Source: Octopus vulgaris
Taxonomy: Eukaryota
DNA: 64,000 bases
Assembly: GCA_951406725.2 (NCBI GenBank)
Contig: OX597817.1
Location: 69,626,001-69,690,000 of the forward strand
Direction: 5' to 3'
Below the pieces are notes generated by a model. It had not been told where the DNA came from, did no database searches, and was given only the letters and a program-made list of their open reading frames with translations. Both the position numbers and the translations under genes were made by a program. Shown one piece after another: positions 1 to 13,948 of this stretch (the first letter of the stretch is position 1; every line of letters begins with the position of its first letter).

Positions 1-89
1 TTAAAAAAGAGAGCATTAGTATTGATTTGTATGACTGCATCCTTCATGACAGTGCCCCAGCACTGAAACAAGTAAAACATAAAAGAAAA

Positions 90-288
90 GACAGACAGAC
101 AGACAGACAGATAGGTAATAGATAGTCAGATAGACAGACAGGCAGATAGATAGACTGACAGACAGACAGATAGATAGATAGCTAGAAAGCTAGATATGTA
201 GGTAGACAGATAATAGTTAGACAGACAGATAGGCAGATAGATAGATAGATAGATAAGATAGATAAGATAGGCAGACAGACAGATAGAC

Positions 289-350
<62 letters not shown>
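90..350 (+). repeat. (GATA)n/(GACA)n microsatellite
   Basis: Direct reading of tandem gata/gaca units. Confidence 0.95.
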
Positions 351-352
<2 letters not shown>

Positions 353-1516
353 TGAAAGTAAAAAACAAAGGAGATGCAAAGACTAGAATGGAATGGTAAA
401 AATTAGGAGAGAAAGAAAGAAAAAAGAAACATAAAAAGAGAAAACAAAAATAGAAAAGGTAGAAAAAAGAAGAAAGAATACAGGAGTGGAAAAAAAAAAC
501 AAGAAAAAAATCAGGGTGAAAAAGTGGAAGGATGAAAATAAAATGGTGGGATTTAAATGAATATTATGAGAAAGAATTATATTTTCGTAGAGTTAATGTA
601 TTATTTATTAATTTTCGTCTGGTGGGGATATGGTGGAGTGGGGTAGAGGGTAGTGGGGGGAATGTTTTTGAAATAAATTTGTTTTATTTATTTTCTTAAG
701 GAACGGATTATTAAACTCAAATAATAATGGGGAATTAAATATAAATTAGCTCCGAAATTTTACAAGCATATTTACAATCAAAATATAAAAAAGAGAGAGA
801 GAGAGAAGGAGGAAAACAATCATTGACAAGTGGTGGAGGAGTAAGAGTAGGATGAGGAAGAGAGGGAGGAGGGGAATGTGAAAAAAAGAATGACAGCACA
901 AAATAAAAGCTATCAGTAGATTAAAAAAATATATTCATGAAAATTAAAACAAAACTGAGTGAAAATTTACAAAACATGAAGAAATTATAAATTTAAAATA
1001 TAGGATGACTTAAAAAAACCAGAAATGTTGTTGAAAAATGATTTTAAAAAGCAGAAAATGAAAATGTGCGAATTCCAGTACTTGTGAATTTTATGAGATA
1101 AAAATGATGTTTCAGAGAATGATATTTTGATGGTGAGAGAATAAGAGAAGAAAAATTGGGTAGAATGAAGAAGGATGAGGATGTAAAGAAAAGAAAGTGA
1201 AAGTAGAAACGGTAACCGAAAAAAGAGAAGTAAGAGAAAAATGCCAAGCCCAAAAAAAGAAGGAGGAGTGAAAGAAATAGAAAGAAAGAAAGGAAGGAAA
1301 AGAAAGAAAACAGAAAGTGAAGAAAGCAAGGAAGAATGAAAGAGAAATGGTGACAGTAAAACAAGAAGAGAGAAAGTGAAAGAAATAAACAAGGAAAAGA
1401 AAAGAGAAATTAAGAATATAGAAAGAAGAAAAGATGAATGAAAAGAAAAAGATTAAAAGAAAGGGAGAAAACAGACAGAAAGGACGTTTAAGAGAGAGTT
1501 AAAAATGGAATAACAC

Positions 1517-1896
1517 TTAACCCTTCCGATACAATATTTCTGTTGAAATGCTTTTTTTTATTAACTAATTTTGAAAATGATGAAGAATTTAGTAAAATAT
1601 TTTGACATTATTAAGATGGTGTTTGGAATATAAATTAACATGAAATTTTGATGGACGGTTTTAAATTTAGATCACTTTAACCCTTCTGTGACTATATTTC
1701 TGTTGAAATACAATACCTTGCTGCAATTAATTTTGAAAATAACGAAGAATTTAGTAAATTAACTTTCTCATTATTAAGACAGTTTTTGGAATATAAATTA
1801 AGATGAAATTTAAATGGAAGGCTTAAATTCAGATCCCTTTAAAACATGAAGTTTGTATTATAGAACCAAGTGTGGTGAGAGGTGTAGAAAGGTTAA
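1517..1896. mobile_element. TTAA-bounded (piggyBac-type) MITE with ~160-bp tandem duplication of its left part
   Basis: ttaaCCCTT starts at 1517 and again at 1677 with similar following sequence; element ends aaggTTAA at 1896. Confidence 0.6.
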
Positions 1897-1900
1897 TTAT

Positions 1901-2067
1901 AGTGGCTGTGTGGTAAGAAGCTTGCTTCCTGACCACTTGGTTCTGGGTTCAGTCCTACAGCGTGGCACCTTGGGCAAGTGTTTTCTACTATAGCTTCAGG
2001 CCAACCAAAGCCCTGTGAGTGGATTTGGTACACAGAAACTGAAAGAATCCTGTTGTATATATATATG

Positions 2068-2126
<59 letters not shown>

Positions 2127-2305
2127 CTGTGTTTGTTACCTCATTACCACTTGACATCTGGTGTTGTTGCATTTACAACCCTGTAACTTAGAGGCTTGAC
2201 AAAGGAAGCTGATCGAATAAATACCAGGCTTAAGAAACAATAAGCACTGGGGTTCAATTCATTTGAATAAAAATCCAACGTGGTGACTGAAACAGATAAA
2301 ACATA
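1901..2305 (+). mobile_element. tRNA-derived SINE, family A (degenerate copy)
   Basis: Head gtggctgtgtggtaag...gggttcagtcc (Pol III A/B-box-like), same body as 9620-10066. Confidence 0.8.
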
Positions 2306-3066
2306 AAACACAAAGAAGAAAACATGCATAAGAAGCACACTTTGCAAGCACATGGTTTTGAGTACAGTCCTACTTTGTGACACCCATAATGTCTTCTACA
2401 ATAGCCCTGAGATGACCAGGCTTATTGAGTGGATTTGGTAGAGGGAAAATGTATGGAAGTTGTTGAACATGTGTGTGTGCACGCATGGGTGTATGTATAC
2501 TTTTATATAACTAGAGTACAAATTTGTCCTTACTTTTGTAGGTATTTGTCCTTAAATATTGTTTAAAAATGATAACGCAATCACCAACCTGATTTCCTGA
2601 TTTTGGTGCTTTATTATTTAAGCAGCTGATTCTCTTGAATCCTAGAAACTCTCTCTTTCTCTCTCTCTCTCATTATATATATATATTTGATGTAGGATAA
2701 CATTTTTTCGAAAAAAAAAATTTATCAATGGCCAGCAATTTTGGAAATTTCTGTCGACCTTTTTTGAGTAGCGTGCGTATTGTGAAAAAATTATAATGGT
2801 TATGGACAATGTGTCTAATTTCGGCGTATTTGGCATTAGAAATTTTTTCGTTTGCTCTTAATTATAAGTTATATGTATATGTTAATTTAAATACTGATCT
2901 TATCTGGTGGTCAGCATGGGAATAAAAACCTCAAAGGTAATAATTATTATTAAAATTATAATTAAGGGTATCTAAGAGATATAGCAGCCAAAACTTGACT
3001 TTAAAACTACATTAAATGTTCATACAGTACCAGGAGAGAAGACAAAAGACAAAATAAACTAGAAAA

Positions 3067-4337
3067 ATTTTTTTTTCCCCTTTTATTCTCACAGAATGCT
3101 GTGTTTCATTACACAAGTGTATTGGGATAGAAATCTCTTGTGTTTTAATCATGTCTGACTTTAAATTCTGCAGAATGAAATCCTCTTTGCATTTCACTTT
3201 TTTCACTGTCAATAAAACAAAGTAGTAACAGTCAAATACTCTAGTAATATATTGTGGCTTTGTGTTGGGGCTTCAGACAAAATACTTTGCCGTATTTAGT
3301 CGCAACCCTATACATTCTGAGATCAAATCTTGCTGAGATTGACTTCAAATTTCATCCTTCCAAAATCAATAAAATTTTCATCCTGTATGTTTCACTGGAT
3401 TATGAGTGAGAGGTGGGGCTCTATTCCTATAGCTGTTATATCCCATACATTCCATGGCGTCAACAGTGAGAGACACAGCTCTCTATCCCTATAGTTCTTA
3501 CATCCCATATATTCCACTGAGTTAGGAGCAAGACACCTGAGGCTGACAAGCTGCTTATAACTGTTCACAACTTTATAGTTTTGTAACACAGTTAGTGAAC
3601 ATATGGCATATGTTACTAAGCCATAGCTAAGAATTGCTTCTATGATTTACAGAAGAGATTAAGGAGCGGAGTAGTTTAATTGCATTTATTTTATATTTAA
3701 TGTTGTATTTTGTGATCAGTAGCGGCATCATTAATTACAGATTTCCTATCAGCGAATGATTCAAAAGTGCATTTGGAGTGAATACGTAAACAGAAATACT
3801 GCTGCACCCTCTGGATATGTTTAGACTCTGAAGAACTCACACCTCATTAGCTTTATGAGTTCATAAGGAGTTTATTTAGTTTTTCTTTCTTATTTTTGTG
3901 TGCTTTTGCTTTTGTACATTGGATTTGATGATAACACTTCATAATGACCTTATTATTTTTTACAGGACACTAGTGAGGTGGAAAATTTGAACTTAGAATG
4001 TGAAAAACTAGAAAAGATACTACAAGACAAGATGGTCTGTAAAATTCAACCAATCAACTCTCCTATACTGGAATATTATTTATTGGCTCTAGGGCAGCAA
4101 ACTAGTTGAATCGTAAACAAGCTGAGTGAAATGCTTAGCAGTATTTCGTCTGTCTTTATGTCCTGAATTCAAATTCCGCCGAGGTCGACTTTGCCTTTCA
4201 TTCTTTCAGGGTTGATAAATTAGGTACCAGTTGCATACTGGCGTCGATCTAATTGACTGCCCCCCACCAAAAAAAAAAAAAAATTTCAGGTCTTGTGCCT
4301 AGAGTAGAAAAGATTATTTATTGGCTCTGGAGAAAAA
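3067..4337 (+). repeat. Left arm of ~1.27-kb inverted duplication
   Basis: Reverse complement of 6323-7600 throughout (e.g. ccccttttattctcacagaatgctgtgtttca vs tgaaacacagcattctgtgagaataaaagggg); mirror ORFs 3392-3589(-) and 7066-7263(+). Confidence 0.95.
4093..4318 (+). mobile_element. tRNA-derived SINE, family B, with ~16-bp target-site duplication
   Basis: gaattcaaattccgccgaggtcgactttgcctttcat...gcctagagtagaaaag body; attatttattggctct flanks both sides; mirrored at 6342-6561 and homologous to 12910-13071 and 51305-51415. Confidence 0.8.
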
Positions 4338-5695
4338 AAAGTGGAATTGAGTTTAGCCTGAATTGGGAAATAATAAGAAAAGCTCTATTAATTTTAAATA
4401 CTTGCATTATTAATTTTAAATACTTGCATTATTAATTAAATCAGTATATAGTTGACATGTTCTTTAACCTCAGTTGCTCCCTTATTAAATACCAGTTAAA
4501 TCTATTTGATCAATCTCCATAGAAACCATATAATAAGTAAATAAATATTAAACTATTTCTTTGCAATTTTCTTTTCCTCCCTCTTTTGTGGTAAAAATTT
4601 GGTATATACTCAAAATATTCAAAGAAGTTTTATCCTTTTCTTAAAATTTCATTCTTAATAATCTTCTTGATTACCCCAAATTTTAACTTTATACAATAAG
4701 ACAATATTGTTTGAAATGATCTTTAGAAATTACTTGATTTATCTCTTTCTTAAATGGCTCTACCCTCCTGATCTTAGTATTTATAAGGGCCTTTATATAA
4801 ATAACCCTTCTAAACAAGTACCACTAAGAAACTATAAATATCATGTAGGAAATAAAAATAACTTCTTAAACCTATAATATAACCCTTAATTTTAAAAAAA
4901 GATTAGTGTAAAATATGATTGTTCCATAACTTAGATATTCCTTTAGCTGATACCAGACATCAGTCTTTTATTGATATTAGCTAAATAAGTAAATATATAA
5001 TATTTAGTCTAATATAATTTGAATTATTATACTTTTTCTAAAAATCTCTATTGGTGTTAACAAGCTACATATAATTTACCAGCTAGAATGTCCGTCTAAT
5101 CCCTCAGACCCACCCCTAACAGATACTGCCCTCTGTTCTCTCAGCCTTAGATATACAAGGGGTTTGATAAACTAGTCTATAAATTAAAACTGACTCCATA
5201 AAGACAAAAATTCAGTGGCAGGCAGAGTCTTCTTGATAATTTTAGTAGCTTCTATGCTGAAATAGAGACAACATGTTCTTTGTCTATCTCCTTAACTTCT
5301 TGGAGATTTTAGGTATAATTATACTAATGTGTCCATCTGTTCTAATTTAATTTAAATTCTATGTTTTTGTGCAGCTGAAGATTGCTCTACATTTTAAATT
5401 GATGTAACAATTACATTGTTCAATTAAATGGAGTTGCCTGAAATGATTGTACTGCATTACCTCTGGATATCCTTGTTGCTTATTTTGATTTTAATCAACT
5501 TACTTTGAAATTGTATGGTTAATATACTAAATTCTGGTGCCTCAACTCAAGTATCATATTCATCTGAATATATAAATAAATATATATATATATGCTGAGC
5601 TGTTACCCTCTTCGGTCATGATTGACCATGGGATTGCACCTAGAAAGATACCCTCCCAGGCACAAGTCCAGGCATATATATATACATATATATAC

Positions 5696-5740
<45 letters not shown>

Positions 5741-5752
5741 CATATACACACA

Positions 5753-5816
<64 letters not shown>

Positions 5817-6322
5817 TATATATATGTATATGTGTATGTGTATGTGTATGTATATATGTAGGCAAGTAGATAGGTATATGTGTGTGTGCATGTGCGTCTT
5901 GCTTGAAAACTGGTGTGGGTTTATCTATGTCCTCTTTACTTAGCAGTTTTAGAAAAGAGACTGATATAACATGTACTATACTAAAAAATAAGTGCTGGGG
6001 GTGATTTGTCTGATCAAATCCTTTCCCTTCAAGCTGGCACCCTAAACATAATAGTAATCCAATGACTGAAACAGGTGAAAGACAAATTTACGATTTCAAA
6101 TTTGTATTTAAAATTTTCTGTTGAAACTTAAAAGGAAACTCGTCGAGGATGACAGAAGAGGAGAGAAGATGATGGGAAGTGGAGAGAGAAGTTATTGAAA
6201 TGTATTCATTTTAACAGACTGAATTGGTTGAATGACTAAAGCATTAGACAGCATACTTTGTGGTATTTTTTCCAACTCTCTAGTCTTTGAGTTCAAAGGT
6301 CAACTTTGACTTTGATATTTTC

Positions 6323-7600
6323 TTTTTCTCCAGAGCCAATAAATAATCTTTTCTACTCTAGGCACATGGCCTGAAATTTTTGGGGAGGGTGGGTAATCAA
6401 TTAGATCGACCTCAGTATGCAACTGGTATCTAATTTATCAATACCGAAAGGATGAAAGGCAAAGTCGACCTCGGCGGAATTTGAATTCGGAATGTAAAGA
6501 CAGACGAAATACTGCTAAGCATTTCACCCAGCTTGTTTACAATTCTGCTAGTTTGCTGCCCTAGAGCCAATAAATAATATTCCAGTATTGGGGAGTTGAT
6601 TTGTTGAATTTTACAGACCATCTTGTCTTGTAGAATCTTTTCTAGTTTTTCACATTCTAAGTTCAAATTTTCCACCTCACTAGTGTCCTGTAAAAAATAA
6701 TAAGGTCATTATGAAGTGTTATCATCAAATCCAATGTACAAAAGCAAAAACACACAAAAAAAGAAAGAAAAACTAAATAAACTTCTTATTATGAACTCAT
6801 AAAGCTAATGAGGTGTGAGTTCTTCAGAGTCTAAACATATCCAGAGGGTGCAGCAGTATTTCTGTTTACGTATTCACTTCAAATGCACTTTTGAATCATT
6901 CGCTGATAGGAATTTTGTAATTAATGATGCTGCTATTGATCACAAAATACAACATTAAATATAAAATAAACGCAATTAAACTACTCCGCTCCTTAATCTC
7001 TTCTGTAAATCATAGAAGCAATTCTTAGCTATGGCTTAGTAACATATGCCATATGTTCACTAACTGTGTTACAAAACTATAAAGTTGTGAACAGTTATAA
7101 GCAGCTTGTCAGCCTCGGGTGTCTTGCTGGTAACTCAGCGGAATATATGGGATGTAAGAACTATAGGGATAGAGAGCTGTGTCTCTCACTGTTGACTCCG
7201 TGGATCATATGGGATATAACAGCTATAGGAATAGACCCCCACCTCTCACTCATAATCCAGTGAAACATACAGGATGAAAATTTTATTGATTTTGGAAGGA
7301 TGAAATTTGAAGTCAATCTCAGCAAGATTTGATCTCTGAATGTATAGGGTTGCGACTAAATACGGCAAAGTATTTTGTCTGAAGCCCCAACACAAAGCCA
7401 CAATATATTACTAGAGTATTTGACTGTTACTACTTTGTTTTATTGACAGTGAAAAAAGTGAAATGCAAAGACGATTTCCTTCTGCAGAATTTAAAGTCAG
7501 TACATAAAAGGACATGATTAAAACACTACAAGACATTTCTATCCCAATACACTTGTATAATGAAACACAGCATTCTGTGAGAATAAAAGGGGAAAAAATT
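6323..7600 (-). repeat. Right arm of ~1.27-kb inverted duplication
   Basis: Matches 3067-4337 in reverse orientation with scattered substitutions and small indels (e.g. extra tacataaaagg near 7501). Confidence 0.95.
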
Positions 7601-8479
7601 CCATATCATCACTAAATAAATCAAAGGACAAAACCAAAAATCACAAAGGTTGATAGGGATCTTATTCAGATCCCAGAAAAACGACAGAAACACGGCTATT
7701 ACTTATTTTCATGTGTTCCCTGTTGTGTTTTGTGTTTCTACACAAAATATAGTGTTTGCCTTGATAGATAATGATGTAAGAATTGGGCACATAAAAATAA
7801 GACATGAAGCTAAAACACATGACAAGAGAACTAAACTTAAAGCAAAACAAGAGCTATATAAAGCATCGATTAAGACCAATAAAGCAAACAGTTGTGAGAA
7901 TGAACAGAAAAAGTTTGACAAAGGTTTATGAGAATCCCCATCGTGTAGATTTAATAAGATTGCACTATAGAAGCACATGTAACACAAGTTTTAGATATGG
8001 TGTATTCTTGGAAGGTTAATTTGAAACAGAAAAAAACCCCATATACATATAAACATACATATAGATATATAAACATGTACATATATACATACATATAGAT
8101 ATATATACATATACACATGCATATAAATATAAACACATACACATATATACATATATATATATATATTTATATATATATATATATATCCAGTAATATGAAA
8201 CAAATACCTAAAGAGCAATACCTTGAAGTGTGAAGTGTTATACGTATGATATATACATCTACATTATGTAGACAAATTATACGCAACATGCAATCAGAAC
8301 TATAAAAGTGATGTATGAGATCTGGAGGGATGGGAAGAAATGAAATAAAGTAAAGCTGTTAAGATAACAAAATTCAAGCATATTAGCAAATATGTGGATT
8401 TTATTCTCAGCATTAAAACAGATTTCTGAAACAAAAATACATCTCAAATAAAGAACACAATAATAATAGCAATAATGAT

Positions 8480-8922
8480 TTCATTTATTTGCCACAAGGG
8501 TGAAGGATGAGGGGGACAAAACAAGGATAGACATAAAGTGTTGGGGTTTACATATAATGAAATGATGAAAAAAATCAAAGAAAGTAAGTATACATGGTAT
8601 ACACTGAAAAAGAAGGGGCATATGCATAGAATACAAAGGGGAAAGAAGAAAATGGCAGGGAGAATGATATAGGTGTGGCTCTCTTGATACAGGAAAGCCT
8701 CTAGGGATAATTGGGGAACCCTACTGTCTGAGATTTCCCTGAAACCCCAAGAGCAAGTACCATCTACAATTCCTTCACTCCAACTCACAGTACTACACTT
8801 AGAGAGGTAACGTCCATTCTTGCCATTTTTGCAACTTTTCACTCACCTTTCAATAAACCTGTTCAAGGACAGCACTTCCTTCTCCACTCTCAATCTCCTT
8901 TTCAAGTGAAACTTGAAGAAGT
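8480..8922 (-). mobile_element. 3' end of Tx1-like non-LTR retrotransposon (degenerate)
   Basis: Minus strand reads FFKFHLKRRLRVER..VLSLNRFIER, homologous to 31745-32095; clade assignment is from recall of such C-termini. Confidence 0.5.
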
Positions 8923-9029
8923 CAATAACAACAACAACAACAACAATAGTATATTTTACCCCAGTGTCACTTTGATGGCATGCACTACTCTCTCACTCAA
9001 TAATAGTAACAACAACAATAATAATAAAA

Positions 9030-9270
9030 ATAGTAGGCACATCTCAAATACATAACAAAAACACCATGACTAACAAGTATATATGATATACAAAAATAGC
9101 ACTACTAGGCACTGCACGCATCCTACATAAAACACTTTCAATACAGTAAAAATGAGAGCATCACAACAAACCACAGCAAATACCCAAGGCACACAGAGCT
9201 GTGCTCGGTAGTGAAGTGAAAGCACATGATAAAAATGAGACTATTGAATAATAATAATAATAATAATAGT
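9030..9270 (+). mobile_element. 3' end of R4/Dong-like (REL-endonuclease) retrotransposon in (TAA)n
   Basis: Degenerate ..QKIALLGTARILHKTLSIQ* C-terminus, short 3' UTR, flanked by (TAA)n on both sides. Confidence 0.65.
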
Positions 9271-9619
9271 AATAATCAACTAGAAATAGCAGCTAAAAGA
9301 TATTAAGATTACACCTTACTATTTACTTTTAAAATGAGCATAATGGATAATTCGTTTTTGTATCCGATTTGCAAGATTCCATGTGTGAATTTGTGTGTTG
9401 AAACAAATTTTGTTGTGTCTGGGGAGAGTCATTGTGGCTTAATATAACACACTCACTGGTTCAATTTCCAGTGTGTTATATTAAGACTCACCTGAGATAC
9501 AACATAATGGATGACATTATAATCAAAGATAGTGCCTGAAGAATGATCAACGCTGGAATGCCTTTCACCATAGGTCTACTTGGTTGGGGCTGGCCTGGGG
9601 TTAAACAATACCAACAATA

Positions 9620-9789
9620 GGCACAGGAGTGGCTGTGTGGTAAGTAGCTTGTTTACCAACCACATGGTTCCGGGTTCAGTCCCACTGCATGGCACCTTGG
9701 GCAAGTGTCTTCTACTATAGCCTCGGCCGACCAAAGCCTTGTGAGTGGATTTGGTAGACGGAAACTGAAAGAAGCCCGTTGTATATACG

Positions 9790-9828
<39 letters not shown>

Positions 9829-10066
9829 ATGTGTGTGTGCATGTATGTTTGTGTGTCTGTGTTTGTCCCCCTAGCATTGCTTGACAACCGATGCTGGTGT
9901 GTTTATGTCCCTGTCACTTAGCGGTTCTGCAAAAGAGACCGATAGAATAAGTACTGAGCTTACATAGAATAAGTCCCAGGGTTGAGTTGCTCGATTAAAG
10001 GTGGTGCTCCAGCATGGCCGCAGTCAAATGACTGAAACAAGTAAAAGAGTAAAAGAGAGTAAAGAG
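9620..10066 (+). mobile_element. tRNA-derived SINE, family A (near full length)
   Basis: ggcacaggagtggctgtgtggtaag...ggttcagtccc head, internal TA/TG microsatellite, tail gactgaaacaagtaaaagag(taaaagag); many copies in window. Confidence 0.88.
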
Positions 10067-10874
10067 AATACTAACAAAAAACTATGCCATCAGTTTCACC
10101 ACCACCACCACTACCATTACTCATCATCACCATCAACATCATCATTCAAAATCTGTTTTCCACGCTGGCATGGATCGGATGACTTAAACATGGGCTGGCT
10201 AGTCAGATGACAGTGCCAAGCTCTACAATCAGCTTTGGCATGGTCTCTTTGACTGGATGCTTTTCCTAACACCAACCATTTTACAGAGTGTATTAGGTGT
10301 TTTTATGTGGCACCAGCTACAGTGAGGTCACCAAATAATTTATAAGACAAAACCCCATCAACTGAGTGTGTGAGGCAGGGGGAATAGTACTTGCAAAATA
10401 AGGCAGCAAGGATAGGTTTGCTTAACTTGCAAGGAAAAGCAGCCAAATCATGCTCAAATTATACTCTGCTATCTTTAAAAGAAAGTAGGGCATATCAAAT
10501 AATGTAGTCTTAGACTGTTTTCAATCTATGAAGAAATGAAGGTCGTCGATAGAATACCTTTGGTTCATAGGTCTGCTCGATCATTGTAGATCTGGAGGTA
10601 AATAATCAGAAAAACAATCCTGCCACCACCACCGCCACCAGAAGCACAGCAACAACAACAATAGCCTGAAGAATAGAAGAAATTGCTGTAGATATGAAAT
10701 GAAAAGCTAGCGTCACCATTATAACTGGTTATCTCTATTTCTGAGAGGAATAACTGCAGCAAGATTAGTTCAAGTTGTTTGCATTATTAACCTTATTTTT
10801 TATTTTTCTGATTTTCACATTATGTTGCAATCAATCTTATCTCTCTCTCTCCAAATGTATAAATGTTTTGAAAT

Positions 10875-10926
<52 letters not shown>

Positions 10927-11694
10927 GAGTACAAATAAATAGATAGATAGATAGATGTGCATACACAAATATATACCAACACTTAGACAACAATATGGTA
11001 TAATGGTTGTAAACGAAAAAAAAAATTGAAAGCAAAAAAACAATCACCGCTTTTGGACTAATTTATATACGATGGACAGATTAAATAACAAAAATAAAAA
11101 AATTATCATCTGAATCATGCAAACAGAAGCTACTGCTGTTAGCGGACCAATTCTATTCACTATCTTTATTTACTGTTCTGACAGACAGAATCAGACCAGC
11201 TTAATTCATATCTTTTTATGTCTATTTTTTCTCATACTTCCATTGGAGAAATGGTGTTTTTTGTAAATCTGTAAATTTACATATTGTTAGAGCAATTGTT
11301 TTTACAGCTGGATGCTCTGCCTCCTGGCACTAATAAAATTGACCAGAGTCTCAGACAAAGCAATTGAAATGCTTATTGTAATTTTGGTGCATGACAAGGG
11401 GTCATTCTAAATGCTGTATGTTTTAACAAACTTGCAAACTGGTTTCAATTTCTGATTTTTAAGAATACATTTTTATATTACTTTTCTTGTTTTGTTATTT
11501 TTGATATTTGTTCCATGAACAATAGTTGCAAGCATGGTTGTGTAACTGTGAAGTCCACTTTGCAACTCTATGCTTTTGGGTTCCATCCCACTGCTTGGCA
11601 CCTGGTGCGTATCTCTTCTACTATAACTTAAGGTTAACCTGTACAATCTAAATAAAAGTTGAGTGATAGAAATAGTATGGAAGCTTGTTTATAT

Positions 11695-11915
11695 CATCAT
11701 CATCGTCATCATCATTTAACGTCTGTTGTCCATGCTGGCATGGGATGAACAGTTTGACCAGGGCTGGTAAGCTGAGAGGTTGCACCAGACTCCAGTCTGA
11801 TTTGGCATGGTTTCTAATGGCTGGATACCCTTCCTAATGCCAACCACTCTGAGAGTGTAATGGGTGCTTTTGCATGCCACCAACATGGGTGCCAGTTGCA
11901 TGACACCAGTAGCTG
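11695..11915 (-). mobile_element. SINE/LINE 3' tail ending in (GAT)n
   Basis: (cat)n-tttaacgtc...catgctggcatggg...tggataccct motif, recurring near 10140, 13700, 14060, 47670 and 48175. Confidence 0.65.
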
Positions 11916-11944
11916 CCATGACTACTACATATATATATATATGT

Positions 11945-12210
11945 GTTGGATTCGCTCGTTATGAACAGTACATGAAGGTTCAGTACAATAGAGCAGTAAT
12001 TATGTTCTATGGACATGCATGTGTCTCTTGAGGCCTGCTGGTGCCTTGCAAACCTTTGGGCAAATGGAACAAGTTGAGGACTCATTTTGCTTGAATGAGT
12101 TTCTTGAGTGGCCAGCAAGGCCTGCTTTAATCTGTGATACAAAACCACAATGACAAGTAAGGCTTTCATTTAGAGGAGCAGCAATTTGCCAGCGTGCCTT
12201 CATGCTTGCA
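11945..12210 (-). mobile_element. 3' end of RTE-clade LINE with C-terminal C2H2 zinc fingers
   Basis: ORF 12000-12203 ends CSICPKVCKAPAGLKRHMHVHRT*, preceded by a degenerate finger CHCGF..GLAGHSR; short 3' UTR then simple-repeat tail; lacks TGEKP linkers. Confidence 0.55.
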
Positions 12211-12699
12211 TGAAGCTAATTCCAATGTTGGAGTCGAACTATACATATGTACCTGTATTCACCCACTACTGTACTTCCAGAGTATATTCTAACACATATT
12301 TGCCACCATCTCTCTCACTCTCTCCTTGTCTGTCATTCTCTCTAAGCCTCCCTTTCTATTCTTTCTTTTCCACCTGGAGTATCCTTGTATCTCTCATCAA
12401 CTACAAGACACCTACCCACCTCTCTATTATTCTTTTAACCTATCATCAACTGGCACAAAGCCACCTCCCTCAATATTACTCACTCTTGCAGTCAATGTGT
12501 CTTTGTTTCGCTAGTTACTTGGTGACCCCTGCCACTGCTGGTGCCACAAAAGAGCACCAAGTATACTCTGTTGGCAAGACAACAGAGCTTGGCATAGCTC
12601 TCTGATTTACCAGCTCTTGTCAAACCATCCAACCCATGCCAGCATAGACAATAAATATTAAATGATGATGATAATGACAGTGATATACGTATGTATGTA

Positions 12700-13165
12700 G
12701 ATATGGAAGTAATTGATTGGTTTGTTAATATTACGGATAAAAAATGTACTAAATTCATTCAGTTAGATATATCAAACTATTACCAATCCATTAACCCTAT
12801 GCTACTTAATAAAGCCTTAATTTTCAAGATGAAGGGTTCAGATTTATCCAAATGTGAAAGTGATATAATATTAATGGCTAGGAAAACCATAACAGAATTC
12901 AGTAGAAAATATTCTTTTCTACTCTAGGCACAAGGCCCGCAATTTTTGGGGAGGGGTCCAGTCAATTAGATCGACCTCAGTACACAACTGGTACCTAATT
13001 TATTGACCCTGAAAGGATGAAAGGCAAAGTCAACCTCAGTGGAATTTGAAATCAGAACGTAGAGACAGACGACTTTCAATGGAAAATATTGCACTAAGAC
13101 TAATAGACCTGATTATTTCAACATTACTCTGGGGTCCAGTGATTCTGCTAATCAAATATGCATAA
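12700..13165 (+). mobile_element. Penelope-like element reverse-transcriptase relic, interrupted by a SINE at ~12910-13071
   Basis: EVIDWFVNITDKKCTKFIQLDISNYYQSINPMLLNKAL...IILMARKT, resuming after the SINE as ..YFNITLGSSDSA (cf. PLE FIQFDIxxFYPSI and FDVTMGSYDGAE). Degenerate TSD ttcagtagaaaatatt/ttcaatggaaaatatt around the SINE. Confidence 0.75.
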
Positions 13166-13689
13166 TTTTTCTAAAAACGTTTTTAGCATATTTAATAGGT
13201 AGTTAACTAATTGCTGTGATGTACAATTCCTATCTTATTTTTTATTCTTTTGCTATCTACAGAATCATCAAAAGTTAAATATTAAATTGGCTTTTCTTAC
13301 AACACTATATTTTTCCATAACATTCATTTTATATGTGTTCCTCTATTAGAGATATTTTTTTTGTTCACTGTGAATTTAATCCATTTTGTATTGCCTTGAT
13401 AACATTGTACCAGTATATATTTTTAGATAAATTAATTTGAGTAGTATTTTGTACCTTTTTACTTCCGTATCTAAATATGCTGGCACAATAGAATTGATTG
13501 TCAATAATGTATGGAGCAGTCACCAATTAAAGATGTGATTTTCCCATTCTTATCCTTGTTGTCTTATACTTAGAATCTCTTGAAATTCTTCAAAGCGATA
13601 TTTGGATACATGAAGCCATGGATGTGTATTCTATTTGAATTTATAGGTATCTGATTGTTTGGTATAGCTAACCAAATTCATTTAACCTG

Positions 13690-13728
<39 letters not shown>

Positions 13729-13948
13729 TGTTTAATGTCCGTTTTCCATGCTAGTATAGTTTGGACAGTTTGACTGAGGTCTGGAGAGCCAGCAGCTGCA
13801 CCAGGCTCCAATCTGATCTGGCAATGTTTCTACAGCTGGATATATATATATATATAAAGGGAAAGTTTACGAAAATAAACAAAAGACGAAGGCAGGTGGA
13901 GTACAAACAAACAAATGTATTAGTATAGTGCTCAGGAATAGAAAAAGT

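Noticed and set aside
4340-5560. AT-rich spacer suspected to be a NUMT or PLE coding relic
   Set aside because: No mitochondrial gene, tRNA or RT motif could be read convincingly.
12000-12203. Host C2H2 zinc-finger gene
   Set aside because: No TGEKP linkers or finger array; position before a short UTR and simple-repeat tail fits a LINE C-terminus.
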